Shown here: one piece after another, positions 1 to 10,241 of the stretch
How positions within the stretch are numbered: position 1 is the first letter of the stretch
Layout of the letters: every line of letters starts with the position of its first letter
NCBI GenBank assembly: GCA_963822945.1
Contig: CAWGJO010000020.1
Location: 800,001 to 864,000, forward strand
DNA from: an uncultured Gemmatimonadaceae bacterium
GTDB lineage: Bacteria; Gemmatimonadota; Gemmatimonadetes; Gemmatimonadales; Gemmatimonadaceae
Length of the DNA stretch: 64,000 nucleotides
Reading direction: 5' to 3'
Program-made: the position numbers and the translations under genes
The notes under the pieces: model-generated
Seen by the model: the letters and a program-made list of their open reading frames with translations, nothing else
Told to the model about the DNA's origin: nothing
Databases searched by the model: none

Positions 1-902
1 CGATTCGCTCTGAGCAACTCGGCCGACAGTCGCTCGAGTTCAATCGATCGCTCCGCAATTCTTGCCGTCTGCCGACGCTCCCGTACCAGCCCGAATAACA
101 GCAGAACCAGCGCCATACTTCCAACGGTCCATATTGCGATACGGCTCGTATTCTGCCGGGCCGCCTGCCCTGAAATGACGAACCACGACGGCTCGCCCGG
201 CAATGGAAGGCGAACCGGGGCGCTCTGTCGCCCTTCGCTCTTGTATGCCGGCGTCTTCGCAACCGTGTCCCCGTCTACCAAGAGAGCAAGAAACGATCGT
301 CCTTGAACCGCCGCGCTTTCGGCCGGCGCCAGTAGTACCTGGTCGTCAATCAGTGCAACCGCAATTCCCGTGAACTCGCCGTTTTCCACCACCGGTTCAC
401 CCAGCAAGGCTTCGCCAGACTCCGTGCGGTCGTTGCGCCATCCTTTACTGTTGCTCATTCCCCGCAACTGCAAATGACGACTGGCCGAGACGTGGCGTGC
501 GAGCATGCGAATGGCCTGAGCGCCTACTTGAGATCCGGGTTCAGGTTCTCCCCACCAGGCCGAGTCGATCACGGCATTGCCGAGCGTATCCAAAACCCAT
601 ACCGCCCGGATGCCGTGAAGCTGCTCTTTGGCCAGTATCCGGTGCTGAAGCGAGCCCCCGGTTCTTTCACGAGCGGATCGTGAGCCCAGTTCGTAAAGGT
701 GTTCTGCCGCCAACTCCACTTCCTGCGCAATGATCTTCGCAGAGGTCGCAGCGTCCAGAGCCGACTGCTCATCCATGCTTTCCCGAAGTGAACGGTCAGC
801 CAGCAGCAGTCCGACGAGCAGCAGCACCAGGAGAGCAACCAGCAGCAGCACGAAGAGACTGATCCGATCGCTGGTCTTCCACATCTCACCGACAGTTTTC
901 AT
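1..902 (-). CDS. Membrane sensor protein, probably a histidine kinase (N-terminal part; runs off the window edge)
   Basis: Read manually. ATG at 902 opens MKTVGEMWKTSDRISLFVLLLVALLVLLLVGLLLADRS..., with no stop down to position 1. Architecture is TM1, periplasmic region, TM2 (IAIWTVGSMALVLLLFGLV), then a coiled coil (ELERLSAELLRAN) of the kind that precedes HisKA domains. The kinase core lies outside the window. Confidence 0.7.
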   Translation of the reverse strand, partial: MKTVGEMWKTSDRISLFVLLLVALLVLLLVGLLLADRSLRESMDEQSALDAATSAKIIAQEVELAAEHLYELGSRSARERTGGSLQHRILAKEQLHGIRAVWVLDTLGNAVIDSAWWGEPEPGSQVGAQAIRMLARHVSASRHLQLRGMSNSKGWRNDRTESGEALLGEPVVENGEFTGIAVALIDDQVLLAPAESAAVQGRSFLALLVDGDTVAKTPAYKSEGRQSAPVRLPLPGEPSWFVISGQAARQNTSRIAIWTVGSMALVLLLFGLVRERRQTARIAERSIELERLSAELLRAN

Positions 903-911
903 CGCGCACCG

Positions 912-1799
912 TCAGGGGGTTTGAGCAGGACCGGATCCCATCAGTGAACCACTTCTGCCTGAGAACGGTTCAAATTCGGACAGTATGCCTCGATACGGAA
1001 GTATGACCTCGTGTTCAAAGAATTCGACCATCTTCCGCCCTGTGAATTCCTTCCGAAACTCGAGCGCTGTCACTCCCATCACGCTCCGGACGTGCCGACC
1101 GAAGCTCTGCGGAGACGAGTAGTCCAGGTGATTCGCGACGTTGGCAATCGAGAAGCCGGAATTCTCAAAGAGATAGGCAGCACGAATCAACCTCACGAGC
1201 GATAGGTACTGCTTGGGCGTTGGAAGCCCGGCGCGATAGAACCGGCTCATGAGGGTACTCGGAAGTATCTGAAGTACTTCGGCAAGTTCCCGCACGGAAC
1301 CTATTCTGGGCGAGTGGCGCAATACCATTTCGAAGAATACCCAGGTGCCTTGTGTCACCTTCCCCAGGCATTGTTGCAGTCGTCGTTTCACCAGTTCCTG
1401 GATCCGGTCGGTGCGCTCATCAAGCAAGATGGTTCGCAATTGATTCCAACCCTGGCGCGACCGTACATCTACAATTCGTCTCACTCCCTCTTGGCCAAGT
1501 TGCAGAACCGTTTCCACTGTTCTCGCTGATTCCCCGCTCAGAATCGCCACGGTGGGAATGCGCGGAATTTCACGAATCATCTGCGATACCTTCTGCCATT
1601 GTCCCCTTTCGCAGTACTGAACAGACATCAGCACCACCGAACTCCCATGGTTCTTCACGTCAGCAAGCACTTCCCGTGGTTCCGTATGATGCGAGGCGAT
1701 GTACACACCAGTTCCAGCGGCGTCTACGCGAATCCGCTCGTCCAGGGTGAGAATCGTCGAAATTCTGGCAAGCTCCTCTCCATGATTCGTCACGGTCAT
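912..1799 (-). CDS. AraC-family helix-turn-helix transcriptional regulator
   Basis: C-terminal AraC signature (SIANVANHLDYSSPQSFGRHVRSVMGVTALEFR); N-terminal alpha/beta region is receiver-like. Confidence 0.85.
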   Translation of the reverse strand: MTVTNHGEELARISTILTLDERIRVDAAGTGVYIASHHTEPREVLADVKNHGSSVVLMSVQYCERGQWQKVSQMIREIPRIPTVAILSGESARTVETVLQLGQEGVRRIVDVRSRQGWNQLRTILLDERTDRIQELVKRRLQQCLGKVTQGTWVFFEMVLRHSPRIGSVRELAEVLQILPSTLMSRFYRAGLPTPKQYLSLVRLIRAAYLFENSGFSIANVANHLDYSSPQSFGRHVRSVMGVTALEFRKEFTGRKMVEFFEHEVILPYRGILSEFEPFSGRSGSLMGSGPAQTP

Positions 1800-1991
1800 G
1801 ATGGAATGCCTCGGGAAAATGGTGCAACGAGATGAACATCTGTCACCAAGGCATTATGGATCCTCGCGTCACATCAGCGTCACCTGCTTCTTCAACAGGG
1901 CATAAACCCATATTTCACAAGCACCTACGCCATGATTGCTGGCTAGATGCCCGAGGAGATCTGTGTTAGATTTCTCTTCGTACGTAATGCC

Positions 1992-2354
1992 GTTTCCAAT
2001 CAGACGATCGCGAAAGGAATCTTTCGAGGAAAGTCCGGACACCACTGAGCAAATCGCCAGGTAACGCCTGGGCGGAGGATTTTCATCCGACGGATAGCGC
2101 CACAGAAAATACACCGCCTGTGATCTTCCAAAGATCAAGGTAAGGGTGAAAAGGTGAGGTAAGAGCTCACCGCGAAATTGGCAACAATTTCGGCATGGCA
2201 AGCCCCGGTTGGTGCAAGGCCAAATAGGCAGTGAGAGTGCTCAGCTCGCCAAAGACACTGCGGGTAGGCTGCTAGAGAGCTCGAGCGATCGTGCTCCGAG
2301 AGAAATGATCGTCCGATGGCGACATCGACAGAATCCGGCTTATCGATTGGAAAC
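1992..2354 (+). ncRNA. rnpB: RNase P RNA (bacterial type A)
   Basis: Universal motifs GAGGAAAGTCCGG near the 5' end and ACAGAATCCGGCTTAT near the 3' end. P1 helix formed by GTTTCCAATC (1992) and GATTGGAAAC (to 2354). Internal CGCCACAGAAA and AAGGGTGAAAAGG blocks present. Confidence 0.95.
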
Positions 2355-2356
2355 TC

Positions 2357-2394
2357 AAAATGGGCACGCCGCAATTTTGCGACGTGCCCATTTT
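2357..2394. terminator. Bidirectional intrinsic terminator between rnpB and dnaN
   Basis: AAAATGGGCACG...CGTGCCCATTTT inverted repeat with T-tracts on both strands. Confidence 0.85.
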
Positions 2395-2425
2395 CTTCTG
2401 CCTCTGATCTACCCCACCTACCCCA

Positions 2426-3538
2426 CTAGTCAACCAGGCGCAGTGGCATCACGAGACACATATACTCTCCTTCGCCTGACCAATTTTCTGGTTCCATCGT
2501 AGCCGCACGCTCTGGTGCCTTGAATGTCATTTTCACTTCTTCGGTAGGCATATAGCGTAACATCTCGAGCAGGTAACTCGCGTTGAAGCCAATATCCAGC
2601 GGATCTCCAGTATACCGAACAGCCAATTCATCCTGCGCTTCACCCAGATCAGGTGTTTGAACGCTGAATCGAAGAATTCCAGCATTGAAGGTCATTCGAA
2701 TGCGGTGTGTTTGATCAGAAGCGATAACCGACATGCGCCGGAGAGCACTCGACAGAGCCACTTTATCAACAATAGCCCACTTATCATTATCCCGCGGAAT
2801 CACCTGATCATAGGGAGGATACGGACCTTCAATCAAACGTGTGTAGACAGTTGTGAACGGAGATCGAAATGCCACATGATTGTCTCCCTTCCCAACTTCT
2901 AGCTCCTCATCTGCTGGAAAAAGACGACGAATCTGTTCCAACGCCTTTGGCGGTAGAATCAAGTCTCCCACCATACCTTTCGGAACCTTCATTCCAGCTT
3001 CCATGCGAGCCAGACGATGTCCATTCGTTGCCACCATGGCCATGGAATTCGCTTTCGTCTCCCACAGAACTCCATTCAGAATTGGTCGACTTTCTTCCGT
3101 CGATACCGCAAATGCAGTATGACCGATGAGCTGCTGTAAAGTCGAAGACGGAATCCGCCAATTCTGCGTGAACTTGATTGCGGGATAAGAAGGAAACTCC
3201 TCCTTTGGAAGACCTAGAATCTTGAAATGAGCTCGCCCACAATCCAGGACTAAGCGTTGCTCACCCAATGAACTAATTCTCACAGGAGCGGGTGGTAGTT
3301 CTCGAGCGATATCAATCAATTTCTTCGCCGGCACCGTAATACCACCTTTTTCCTCAACGTCTGCTGAAACCTCCGTACTAACAGCAATATCGAGATCCGT
3401 CGCTGAGAATTGGGCCCCTTTTTCTCCACCTTCAATCAGCAGATTACTCAGAACGGGCAGGGTACTCTTTGGTGGAACCGTAGCTCCAACTGCAGCCAGG
3501 CCCTCCTGAAGCTTTTCCCGAGAGATCGTAAAACGCAT
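2426..3538 (-). CDS. dnaN: DNA polymerase III beta sliding clamp
   Basis: 370 aa; motifs ATDLD, RPILNGV, VATNGHRLA, GFNASYL, LVMPLR; lies downstream of dnaA. Confidence 0.98.
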   Translation of the reverse strand: MRFTISREKLQEGLAAVGATVPPKSTLPVLSNLLIEGGEKGAQFSATDLDIAVSTEVSADVEEKGGITVPAKKLIDIARELPPAPVRISSLGEQRLVLDCGRAHFKILGLPKEEFPSYPAIKFTQNWRIPSSTLQQLIGHTAFAVSTEESRPILNGVLWETKANSMAMVATNGHRLARMEAGMKVPKGMVGDLILPPKALEQIRRLFPADEELEVGKGDNHVAFRSPFTTVYTRLIEGPYPPYDQVIPRDNDKWAIVDKVALSSALRRMSVIASDQTHRIRMTFNAGILRFSVQTPDLGEAQDELAVRYTGDPLDIGFNASYLLEMLRYMPTEEVKMTFKAPERAATMEPENWSGEGEYMCLVMPLRLVD

Positions 3539-3699
3539 CGATTAATGCCTAGTGAGTAAGGTGGTAGAGAAATTTGCGGCTACGTAATTGGCGTCAGCTC
3601 TTTAGTAGTGCTAGTAGGGAGTCAACACTTGGGGAAAATTGCTGGAAATAGTTCGTGCAGTTGGTCTTTGCAGTGTTGGATAGAGTGGAAAAGGTGTGG
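3539..3699. other. oriC: Putative replication origin (oriC) unwinding region
   Basis: dnaA-dnaN spacer. DnaA-trio-like run TAG TAG TGC TAG TAG (3603-3617) beside a short G-rich patch and a degenerate DnaA box TGGGGAAAA (3630-3638). G/C skew in hand-counted lines changes from C>=G in dnaN to G>C in dnaA. Confidence 0.75.
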
Positions 3700-5115
3700 T
3701 CAGGATTCAATTGATGTTGAGATTGTACCTGGCGTGAGCTCGGAAAGACCCAGAAGCCGACGTGCTGTGTTGTACTTGGACAGAAGTTGCGAGGAGTTTT
3801 GTAGAAGATCTTGAGCTCTGGAGAGACTATGAATGACTGTGGAATGATCACGGCCACCAAAAGCTGCACCGATTTCAATGAGCTGTGTCCGGAGAGTGGT
3901 TCTTGCGAGAAGCATTGCAAGTTGGCGAGGAACCGTAAGCGTTTGAACTCTGGCTTTTGAGCACAAACCCTCAACCGTGACATTCCAAACCTGAGCTATG
4001 ATTTCCTGAATTCGGGAGATGGAGAGAGTTTGAGATTCTACTGCACCAATACTGGTTGATCTGTGCGTTGATCGGAGAGCTTCCTGGGCAAGTGAAACAT
4101 CTATCTGTCGATGCTTGAGTGATGCAAAAGCTAGGATCTTGATGATTGATCCCTCCAGTTCTCTGACACTGGAGTTGATCGTCTCAGCGATGTACTCGAT
4201 AACGTCATGTGGGAACGTAACTTCAAGGTGATCAAGTTCGGCTTTCTGCTGGAGAATTGCAATTCGGTGCTCCACATCGGGTGGCTCAATATCGGCGACC
4301 ATTCCCCATTGAAATCGACTAACGAGTCGGGCCTCGAGTCCTCCAATCTCTGCTGGTGGACGATCACTGGTTAGTACGATCTGGCGGCCGGCTTCATACA
4401 AGGCATTGAAGGTGTGGAAAAACTCGTCTTGTGTTGCTTCCTTCCCCTTCAGGAAGTGAATGTCATCGATCAGAAGAAGGTCTGTTTCTCGAAAGCGGCG
4501 TCGAAACTCAGCATTCTTGCGACTCTGAATCGATGCGACCATTTCATTCGTGAACTGCTCGGTACTGAGATAGGTCACTCGAATATCGGGATGACTGCTC
4601 AGCACCTCGTGTCCAATCGCCTGCATCAGGTGAGTCTTTCCAAGACCGGTGCGGCCGTAGATAAAGAACGGATTGTAGACGCGACCGGGCGCTTCTGCGA
4701 CGGCATGTGCTGCAGCCGCTGCAAGTTCGTTTGACTTGCCTATTACAAAGTGCTCGAAAGTATATCTGTCATGTAAGACTGGCGTATTAGTGACGTTATT
4801 GTGGTGCGCTTGTGTCGCCGGTTTCTCCAGCGTGAAGAAGTCCATCTGAGGGCGCTGCTGACGGTCTTGGTCAACGCTAAAGGCCAGACTGACGGGATGT
4901 CCGAGCGCGACTGGAGCAAATGAGGTAAGGAGCTCACCGTACTTGGACTCGGTCCAATCGCGGGAAAATTGGTCAGGAAGACTGAGCGTCAGGACTCGCT
5001 CATCCCACGAAACGGGTACGATAGGCTCGAGCCATGTGCGCATGACGTCGTCGCCCACAGTGGCCTTGGCTTGGGTGAGAAGCCTGGTCCAAATTTCTTG
5101 CGCTGGAGTGGGCAT
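3700..5115 (-). CDS. dnaA: Chromosomal replication initiator DnaA
   Basis: YTFEHFVIG, Walker A GRTGLGKTH, LLLIDDIHFL, RLVSRF, domain IV GGRDHSTVIHS. Confidence 0.98.
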   Translation of the reverse strand: MPTPAQEIWTRLLTQAKATVGDDVMRTWLEPIVPVSWDERVLTLSLPDQFSRDWTESKYGELLTSFAPVALGHPVSLAFSVDQDRQQRPQMDFFTLEKPATQAHHNNVTNTPVLHDRYTFEHFVIGKSNELAAAAAHAVAEAPGRVYNPFFIYGRTGLGKTHLMQAIGHEVLSSHPDIRVTYLSTEQFTNEMVASIQSRKNAEFRRRFRETDLLLIDDIHFLKGKEATQDEFFHTFNALYEAGRQIVLTSDRPPAEIGGLEARLVSRFQWGMVADIEPPDVEHRIAILQQKAELDHLEVTFPHDVIEYIAETINSSVRELEGSIIKILAFASLKHRQIDVSLAQEALRSTHRSTSIGAVESQTLSISRIQEIIAQVWNVTVEGLCSKARVQTLTVPRQLAMLLARTTLRTQLIEIGAAFGGRDHSTVIHSLSRAQDLLQNSSQLLSKYNTARRLLGLSELTPGTISTSIES

Positions 5116-5124
5116 AGTTAGTGA

Positions 5125-5133
5125 TGTGGATAA
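5125..5133. promoter_or_regulatory. Perfect DnaA box immediately upstream of dnaA
   Basis: TGTGGATAA (reverse complement TTATCCACA), about 10 nt before the dnaA ATG. Confidence 0.8.
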
Positions 5134-5224
5134 CTAGTAAGGCTGGCCAAAGTACCGCGCATGAAGAAGGAAGGCAACTGCTGAATCGTGGCCGAATGGT
5201 GGGTAGAGGAAGCCCCGTCTTACC

Positions 5225-5253
5225 TTGACCTATGTGCAAGAGATGACTAGTCT
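5225..5253 (+). promoter_or_regulatory. Sigma70-type promoter for the rpmH operon
   Basis: TTGACC-N17-TAGTCT upstream of rpmH. Confidence 0.6.
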
Positions 5254-5301
5254 TACAGATCTCTGGCATACCGTATTGACTGGACCTATTTGGAGTGATA
5301 G

Positions 5302-5466
5302 ATGGGCAAGCCAACCTACCGTCCGCGAAACAAGCGACGGATTAAGAAGCATGGATTCCGTGCGCGCATGGAGACGAAGTGGGGACGGAAGGTATTGAGT
5401 GAACGCCGCAAGAAGGGGCGGAAGCGTCTTGCGGTTAAGCTTCCGAGCAAGTACGCTGGCGCGTAG
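5302..5466 (+). CDS. rpmH: 50S ribosomal protein L34
   Basis: Read manually: [58 protein letters not shown] Shine-Dalgarno; canonical position. Confidence 0.97.
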   Translation: MGKPTYRPRNKRRIKKHGFRARMETKWGRKVLSERRKKGRKRLAVKLPSKYAGA

Positions 5467-5832
5467 ATGAGTGAAGGGTATCCGCGCGTACGGCGGATTA
5501 CTCGAAGCTCAGAATTTGGTAGAATCTCGAAGCAGGGGAAGCGAGTCCGCGCGTTGGGCCTTGACGTGCGACTGCTCGCTTCCCCTTTGAACTATGTGCG
5601 GGTTGGAATCGTGGTTCCTCGCCATGGGCAGTCGGCCGTGCGGCGCAACTTGCTCAAACGCCGGCTTCGGGAACTTGCGCGCACCCTCTTGCTTCCGCTC
5701 GAGGCTTCGGGAGATGTGGTGATCCGCTGCAAACCGAGCGCCTACGGGCAGACGTTTGAAGAGCTGAAACAAGAGTTGGTTGGTGTGCGAAACGCTTTAC
5801 TGGAAGAGAAGAACACGCAGGGCGAACCGTGA
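5467..5832 (+). CDS. rnpA: RNase P protein component
   Basis: RVGIVV and the RNR-type motif [13 protein letters not shown]; canonical synteny. Confidence 0.95.
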   Translation: MSEGYPRVRRITRSSEFGRISKQGKRVRALGLDVRLLASPLNYVRVGIVVPRHGQSAVRRNLLKRRLRELARTLLLPLEASGDVVIRCKPSAYGQTFEELKQELVGVRNALLEEKNTQGEP

Positions 5833-6038
5833 AACGACTGCTTGTGTTACTGGTCCGGGCATACCAGCTGTGGATTGGCCCGTTGCTGCCTCCGTCTTGT
5901 CGGTACTACCCCACCTGTTCTACATACGCGGTCGAAGCTCTGGAGAAACACGGTGCGCTTCGAGGCGGGTGGATGGCCGTGCGAAGAATCCTTCGCTGTC
6001 ACCCGTTCCATAAGGGCGGGTACGATCCGGTTCCCTAA
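5829..6038 (+). CDS. yidD: Membrane protein insertion efficiency factor YidD
   Basis: [11 protein letters not shown]...[17 protein letters not shown]. Confidence 0.96.
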   Translation: MKRLLVLLVRAYQLWIGPLLPPSCRYYPTCSTYAVEALEKHGALRGGWMAVRRILRCHPFHKGGYDPVP

Positions 6039-6055
6039 CAGATATTCATTACGTC

Positions 6056-7777
6056 ATGGACCGACGCGTATTTCTTGCCGTGATTCTCACGGCGGTAGTG
6101 ATCGTGGTAACACCACTTCTGTTTCCGGGAGCAAACCGGCGAAATGTGGTGGACTCGCTTCAGGCCGACTCCACGGCACTGAACCAGGCGATGCTGAAGG
6201 GATCCGCTGACTCGACGACGGAGACAGCAGCACCCAACAAGCAGAGACAGCGGTCAAAATCGGACAGCGCAACACCGCAAGTCACGCTCTCTCATCCTAC
6301 GCTGGCCGTGTCGGACAGTCTGGCCGCCACGAGCCAGCATATGACGGTCTGGTATGCCGATGAAGGGGCGTCGCCACTGAGCGTGGTGCTGAAGGACTAC
6401 CAATCACGCGATACGATGCGTGCAAAAGGGCCGGTCGTTCTTCGTACTCCCCGAGGCCAGCCGCTGATAGAATACGCGTTGCAGATGGGCGATTCGTCGA
6501 TTCCGCTGACAGCGAACGCGCTTGCAGGCAAGACGCAGACGATAGATGGGCGGCAGGTCGTAGAGTACACGGGAACGGTAAGCGGCCATGCGGTAAAGGT
6601 CTCTTACTCCAGTCCACGGTCCGACTCTGGACGGTACCTGATCCACACAGACGTGAGCGTCGGGAGTGCGACTCCACACAGCGCGCTCTCCATCACGCTG
6701 CCGTCGACGCTTGCATCGATGGAAACGGACACCGCGGATGACATTCACCATTTGGCGTATGGATATCGAACGGCAAGCGGGGACGTGAAGAGCGTGGCAT
6801 TCTCGAAGCTCGACTCCGGCGTGAACAAGCCGGTCTCGGGACCGCTCGAATGGGTAGCGCTACGGAACAAGTACTTCCTGATTGCGTTGGTCGTGCCGGA
6901 TAGTGCGATTGCCGAGGCCACGTTCAGCGGAGCACCGCGGGTCCAGAAGCTGGCACCCGAAGCCCACGCCGCCCTGTCAATTCCGTTGCAGAACGGGCAT
7001 GCGAGCTTCGAGATCTACATGGGTCCGCAAGAGTTCGAACGCCTACGAGCCATGGGGCATGGGCTCGACCAGGTAAATCCATATGCCGGGTGGTTTCACA
7101 GTGTCGTGCAACCATTCGCCACCATCGTCACACGGGTCCTGTTGTGGATGAAGCGCTCGTCCGGGCTTGGCTACGGATGGGTGATCATCATCTTCGGCGT
7201 GGTGGTCCGGCTTCTGCTCTGGCCGCTCAACCAGAGCGCAATGCGCACCAGCATTCGGATGCAGCGAATCCAGCCGGAGTTGGCGGAAGTTCAGAAGAAG
7301 TACAAGAGCGACCCGAAAAAGCAGCAGGAAGCACTGGTGAAGTTGTACCAGGCCCATGGGATGACACCATTCAGCCCGATGATGGGGTGTCTCCCCATGA
7401 TGCTTCCGATGCCGATTCTATTCGCGTTGTATTTCGTGTTCCTGAACACCATTGAATTCCGTGGCGTGTCGTTTCTCTGGATGCACGACATCTCGGCGGC
7501 TGATCCGTACTACATCACCCCCCTGGTGATGGGACTGTCGATGTTCGCGCTCTCCTGGATCGGCATGCGGGGAACACCGCCCACCGCACAGACGCGCATG
7601 ATGAGCTACATGATGCCTGTCGTGCTGACGTTCATGTTCTTCCGATTCGCAGCCGGATTGAACCTGTACTACGCCGTGCAGAATCTCGCAGCGCTTCCAC
7701 AACAGTGGTTGCTTGCTCGTGAACGGGCCGGAGCCGCCGCGAGCACCACCGCAGCCACGCGGCGAGACAAGGGCTAA
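6056..7777 (+). CDS. yidC: Membrane protein insertase YidC
   Basis: N-terminal TM, large periplasmic domain, [33 protein letters not shown]. Confidence 0.96.
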   Translation: MDRRVFLAVILTAVVIVVTPLLFPGANRRNVVDSLQADSTALNQAMLKGSADSTTETAAPNKQRQRSKSDSATPQVTLSHPTLAVSDSLAATSQHMTVWYADEGASPLSVVLKDYQSRDTMRAKGPVVLRTPRGQPLIEYALQMGDSSIPLTANALAGKTQTIDGRQVVEYTGTVSGHAVKVSYSSPRSDSGRYLIHTDVSVGSATPHSALSITLPSTLASMETDTADDIHHLAYGYRTASGDVKSVAFSKLDSGVNKPVSGPLEWVALRNKYFLIALVVPDSAIAEATFSGAPRVQKLAPEAHAALSIPLQNGHASFEIYMGPQEFERLRAMGHGLDQVNPYAGWFHSVVQPFATIVTRVLLWMKRSSGLGYGWVIIIFGVVVRLLLWPLNQSAMRTSIRMQRIQPELAEVQKKYKSDPKKQQEALVKLYQAHGMTPFSPMMGCLPMMLPMPILFALYFVFLNTIEFRGVSFLWMHDISAADPYYITPLVMGLSMFALSWIGMRGTPPTAQTRMMSYMMPVVLTFMFFRFAAGLNLYYAVQNLAALPQQWLLARERAGAAASTTAATRRDKG

Positions 7778-7809
7778 CGCGAGCGGCACCCGTCCGTGTG
7801 AGGAACCCG

Positions 7810-9147
7810 ATGCGCTCTGCCGACTCAATCGTGGCAACCGCTACGGCACCGGGAATCGGGGCGCTGTCGATCGTTCGCCTGTCCGGGCCGGGGTGTCGCC
7901 AGATACTCGCGGGCCTCACCGACGGGCGTCAGACCTCCGCCCGCGTAGCCACGCTACGCACGCTGCGGTCGAGCCGTGGAGATGTCCTCGATGAAGCGAT
8001 CGTCATCGAATACCAGGCGCCGCACTCCTATACGGGTGAGGACGCAGTGGAAATCATCTGCCATGGCGGGTGGGTAACCGCAACGCGAATTACCAGCGCG
8101 CTGATAGAAGCAGGAGCGCGGCCGGCGCACCCGGGAGAGTTTACGCGCCGCGCGGTTCTCAATGGGAAGCTGGATCTTCTGCAGGCGGAAGCGGTCAACG
8201 ATCTGATTCGAACCGAGTCGACCGCCGGTGCGGCGCTCGCCCTGCGGCAACTCGATGGTGGACTCTCGGAACGGATCGCGCAGCTGCGCGAAGAGATCCT
8301 GAGCATCGAGGCCCTGGTTGCCTACGAGATCGACTTTCCCGAAGAGGACGACGGTCCAGTCGAGGAGGAGAGAATCGTCGCGGCGACGGCGAACGTTCTC
8401 GATTCCATGCGTGGATTGATCGAAACCACACCGGGAGGCGAACTGGTGCGCCAGGGAGCGCTCGTTGCGATCGTCGGCAAGCCGAACGTGGGAAAGTCCT
8501 CGCTGTTCAACGCATTGCTTGGTCGAAAGCGCGCTCTGGTGACCGATATTCCGGGAACGACACGAGATGCGATCGAAGCCGTGCTGGACGTTGAACCGGT
8601 TCCCCTCCGTCTGGTGGATACGGCGGGACTCCGGGATTCGAGCGACGAGGTGGAACGGCTGGGTGTGAAGGTAAGTCGAGACTACCTGGAAGCGGCGACG
8701 GTGGTGCTGGTCTGCGGCGACTCAGCGCAGACACTGGCGGAAGCGATTGCCGATGCAGAGCAGAGCGCGACAGGCCTCGTCATACCGGTGCAAACGAAGT
8801 CGGACCTGCATCGGACGTCGTTGGCGGGGGCGGTTGGCGTAAGTGCCGTGACAGGGGAGGGATTGGACGCGCTCGTCGCGGACGTCTCAGGGCGGGTCGG
8901 ACGAGACGTCGGGCTCCCCAACCCGGAGTCGCCGGTGGTTACGCATGCCCGATACCGCCAAGTGCTGACCAGGGCAAGCGCTGAATTGGTGGCCTTTCAG
9001 GAGGCCCGCACGTCCGGCGCCGTGCCGGCGACCGTGAGCGCCGTTCATTTGCACGAGTGCGTCCGGATCCTGGAGGAATTGATCGGCGCCGTTGATGTGG
9101 AAGAGATACTCGGTCGCGTGTTCAGCTCATTCTGCGTGGGCAAGTAG
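7810..9147 (+). CDS. mnmE: tRNA modification GTPase MnmE
   Basis: [19 protein letters not shown]-terminal FCVGK. ATG 7810 chosen; GTG 7798 is possible. Confidence 0.96.
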   Translation: MRSADSIVATATAPGIGALSIVRLSGPGCRQILAGLTDGRQTSARVATLRTLRSSRGDVLDEAIVIEYQAPHSYTGEDAVEIICHGGWVTATRITSALIEAGARPAHPGEFTRRAVLNGKLDLLQAEAVNDLIRTESTAGAALALRQLDGGLSERIAQLREEILSIEALVAYEIDFPEEDDGPVEEERIVAATANVLDSMRGLIETTPGGELVRQGALVAIVGKPNVGKSSLFNALLGRKRALVTDIPGTTRDAIEAVLDVEPVPLRLVDTAGLRDSSDEVERLGVKVSRDYLEAATVVLVCGDSAQTLAEAIADAEQSATGLVIPVQTKSDLHRTSLAGAVGVSAVTGEGLDALVADVSGRVGRDVGLPNPESPVVTHARYRQVLTRASAELVAFQEARTSGAVPATVSAVHLHECVRILEELIGAVDVEEILGRVFSSFCVGK

Positions 9148-9195
9148 CGACGAGCCGAGAAAGCACCTGGCCCCGACCGACGAGGAAACGAGGCG

Positions 9196-10134
9196 TCAGG
9201 ATGCGGTGGCCGCCGCTCCAGTGGAGAGGGCCTGAATCTCCGCGGCCGACGCACGGAGTGCCCAGGGCAGACCGCGGCGCTCCACGGCTCCGGCAGCCAT
9301 GCGGGCGCCGACGTAGTACCCGCTGCGCTCGGGGAGTACGTGCCGGCCGGCCATGCGGGCATCATCGCTCATTCCGTCTGAGAGATAGCGGAGGCGGAGC
9401 CCCAGAGCCGCTCGATCGAGGTCGGACGCGATGGCTTGCTGAATGACGGGTTCCATCTCGCGAATGCGCGCGTACTGACGCCGGACGTACCCGAAGTATT
9501 CCCAGACGGCATGACCGGGGCTGACCAACTGGGAGGCGTGGACCGCCAGACCTTCGTTGATCAGGAGTTCACGAAGAGATACCGTCCGCCCGGTGTTCCA
9601 GTACGAGTAATAGCCGGACCGTTCGACCACCCCATGAACCTCCGATCGACTGGTGGGCGACGTGTAGCGGACTACGTGCGCCACTTCGTGGGCCAGCCAC
9701 AGGGGCATCAATTCCGGATCGAGACCGAGGCCGAAGGTGTCCGGGTTGGTGACCCCGGTGAAATGCTCGAGGCAGACGAAAGCCGTGCCCCGGTGATCCA
9801 CCACAAGTTCGCCCGCGTTTGCGCCGCCGACACCTACCATGAGGACGATATCGAAATCGACATCGACCTGAAACGCGCGCGCGCAACGTTCCTCCACCTG
9901 GCGCGCCAGGGTGACGACGTCGGTTCGCTCGAGCATCGACCGGAGATCGCTGCGGTCAGCCGCTACGACGCCACGAAGGATGTCGAGGAAATGTGGGCCG
10001 TCGGGGGGGATGACGTAGTTGTTCCAGTAGCCATCGAGGACCCGGCGGTGGGCTGAGAGATAGCGCTGATATGCGGCGAGAGGATCCGTGCTGTCGAGAA
10101 CTGCGAAAAAGTCTGGCAGCAGGTTGATGAGCAT
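9196..10134 (-). CDS. Putative zinc-dependent peptidase (DUF2268-like)
   Basis: HEVAH (HExxH), then NEGLA and a C-terminal GYYVG, a pattern typical of DUF2268-like zincins. Confidence 0.6.
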   Translation of the reverse strand: MLINLLPDFFAVLDSTDPLAAYQRYLSAHRRVLDGYWNNYVIPPDGPHFLDILRGVVAADRSDLRSMLERTDVVTLARQVEERCARAFQVDVDFDIVLMVGVGGANAGELVVDHRGTAFVCLEHFTGVTNPDTFGLGLDPELMPLWLAHEVAHVVRYTSPTSRSEVHGVVERSGYYSYWNTGRTVSLRELLINEGLAVHASQLVSPGHAVWEYFGYVRRQYARIREMEPVIQQAIASDLDRAALGLRLRYLSDGMSDDARMAGRHVLPERSGYYVGARMAAGAVERRGLPWALRASAAEIQALSTGAAATAS

Positions 10135-10241
10135 TCAGCCGGTCTGGAGAAGGCGTCGCGGGGACAGCGCGGACGCGGAATCATACAGAGCAGACCAGAG
10201 GTGAACAAGAGTGCAACAGGCGGGCGCGAAAAATGCGCGCA

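Noticed and set aside
1869..2201. 110-aa minus-strand ORF (and 2135-2374, 2209-2502)
   Set aside because: They overlap the RNase P RNA gene and show no protein motifs.
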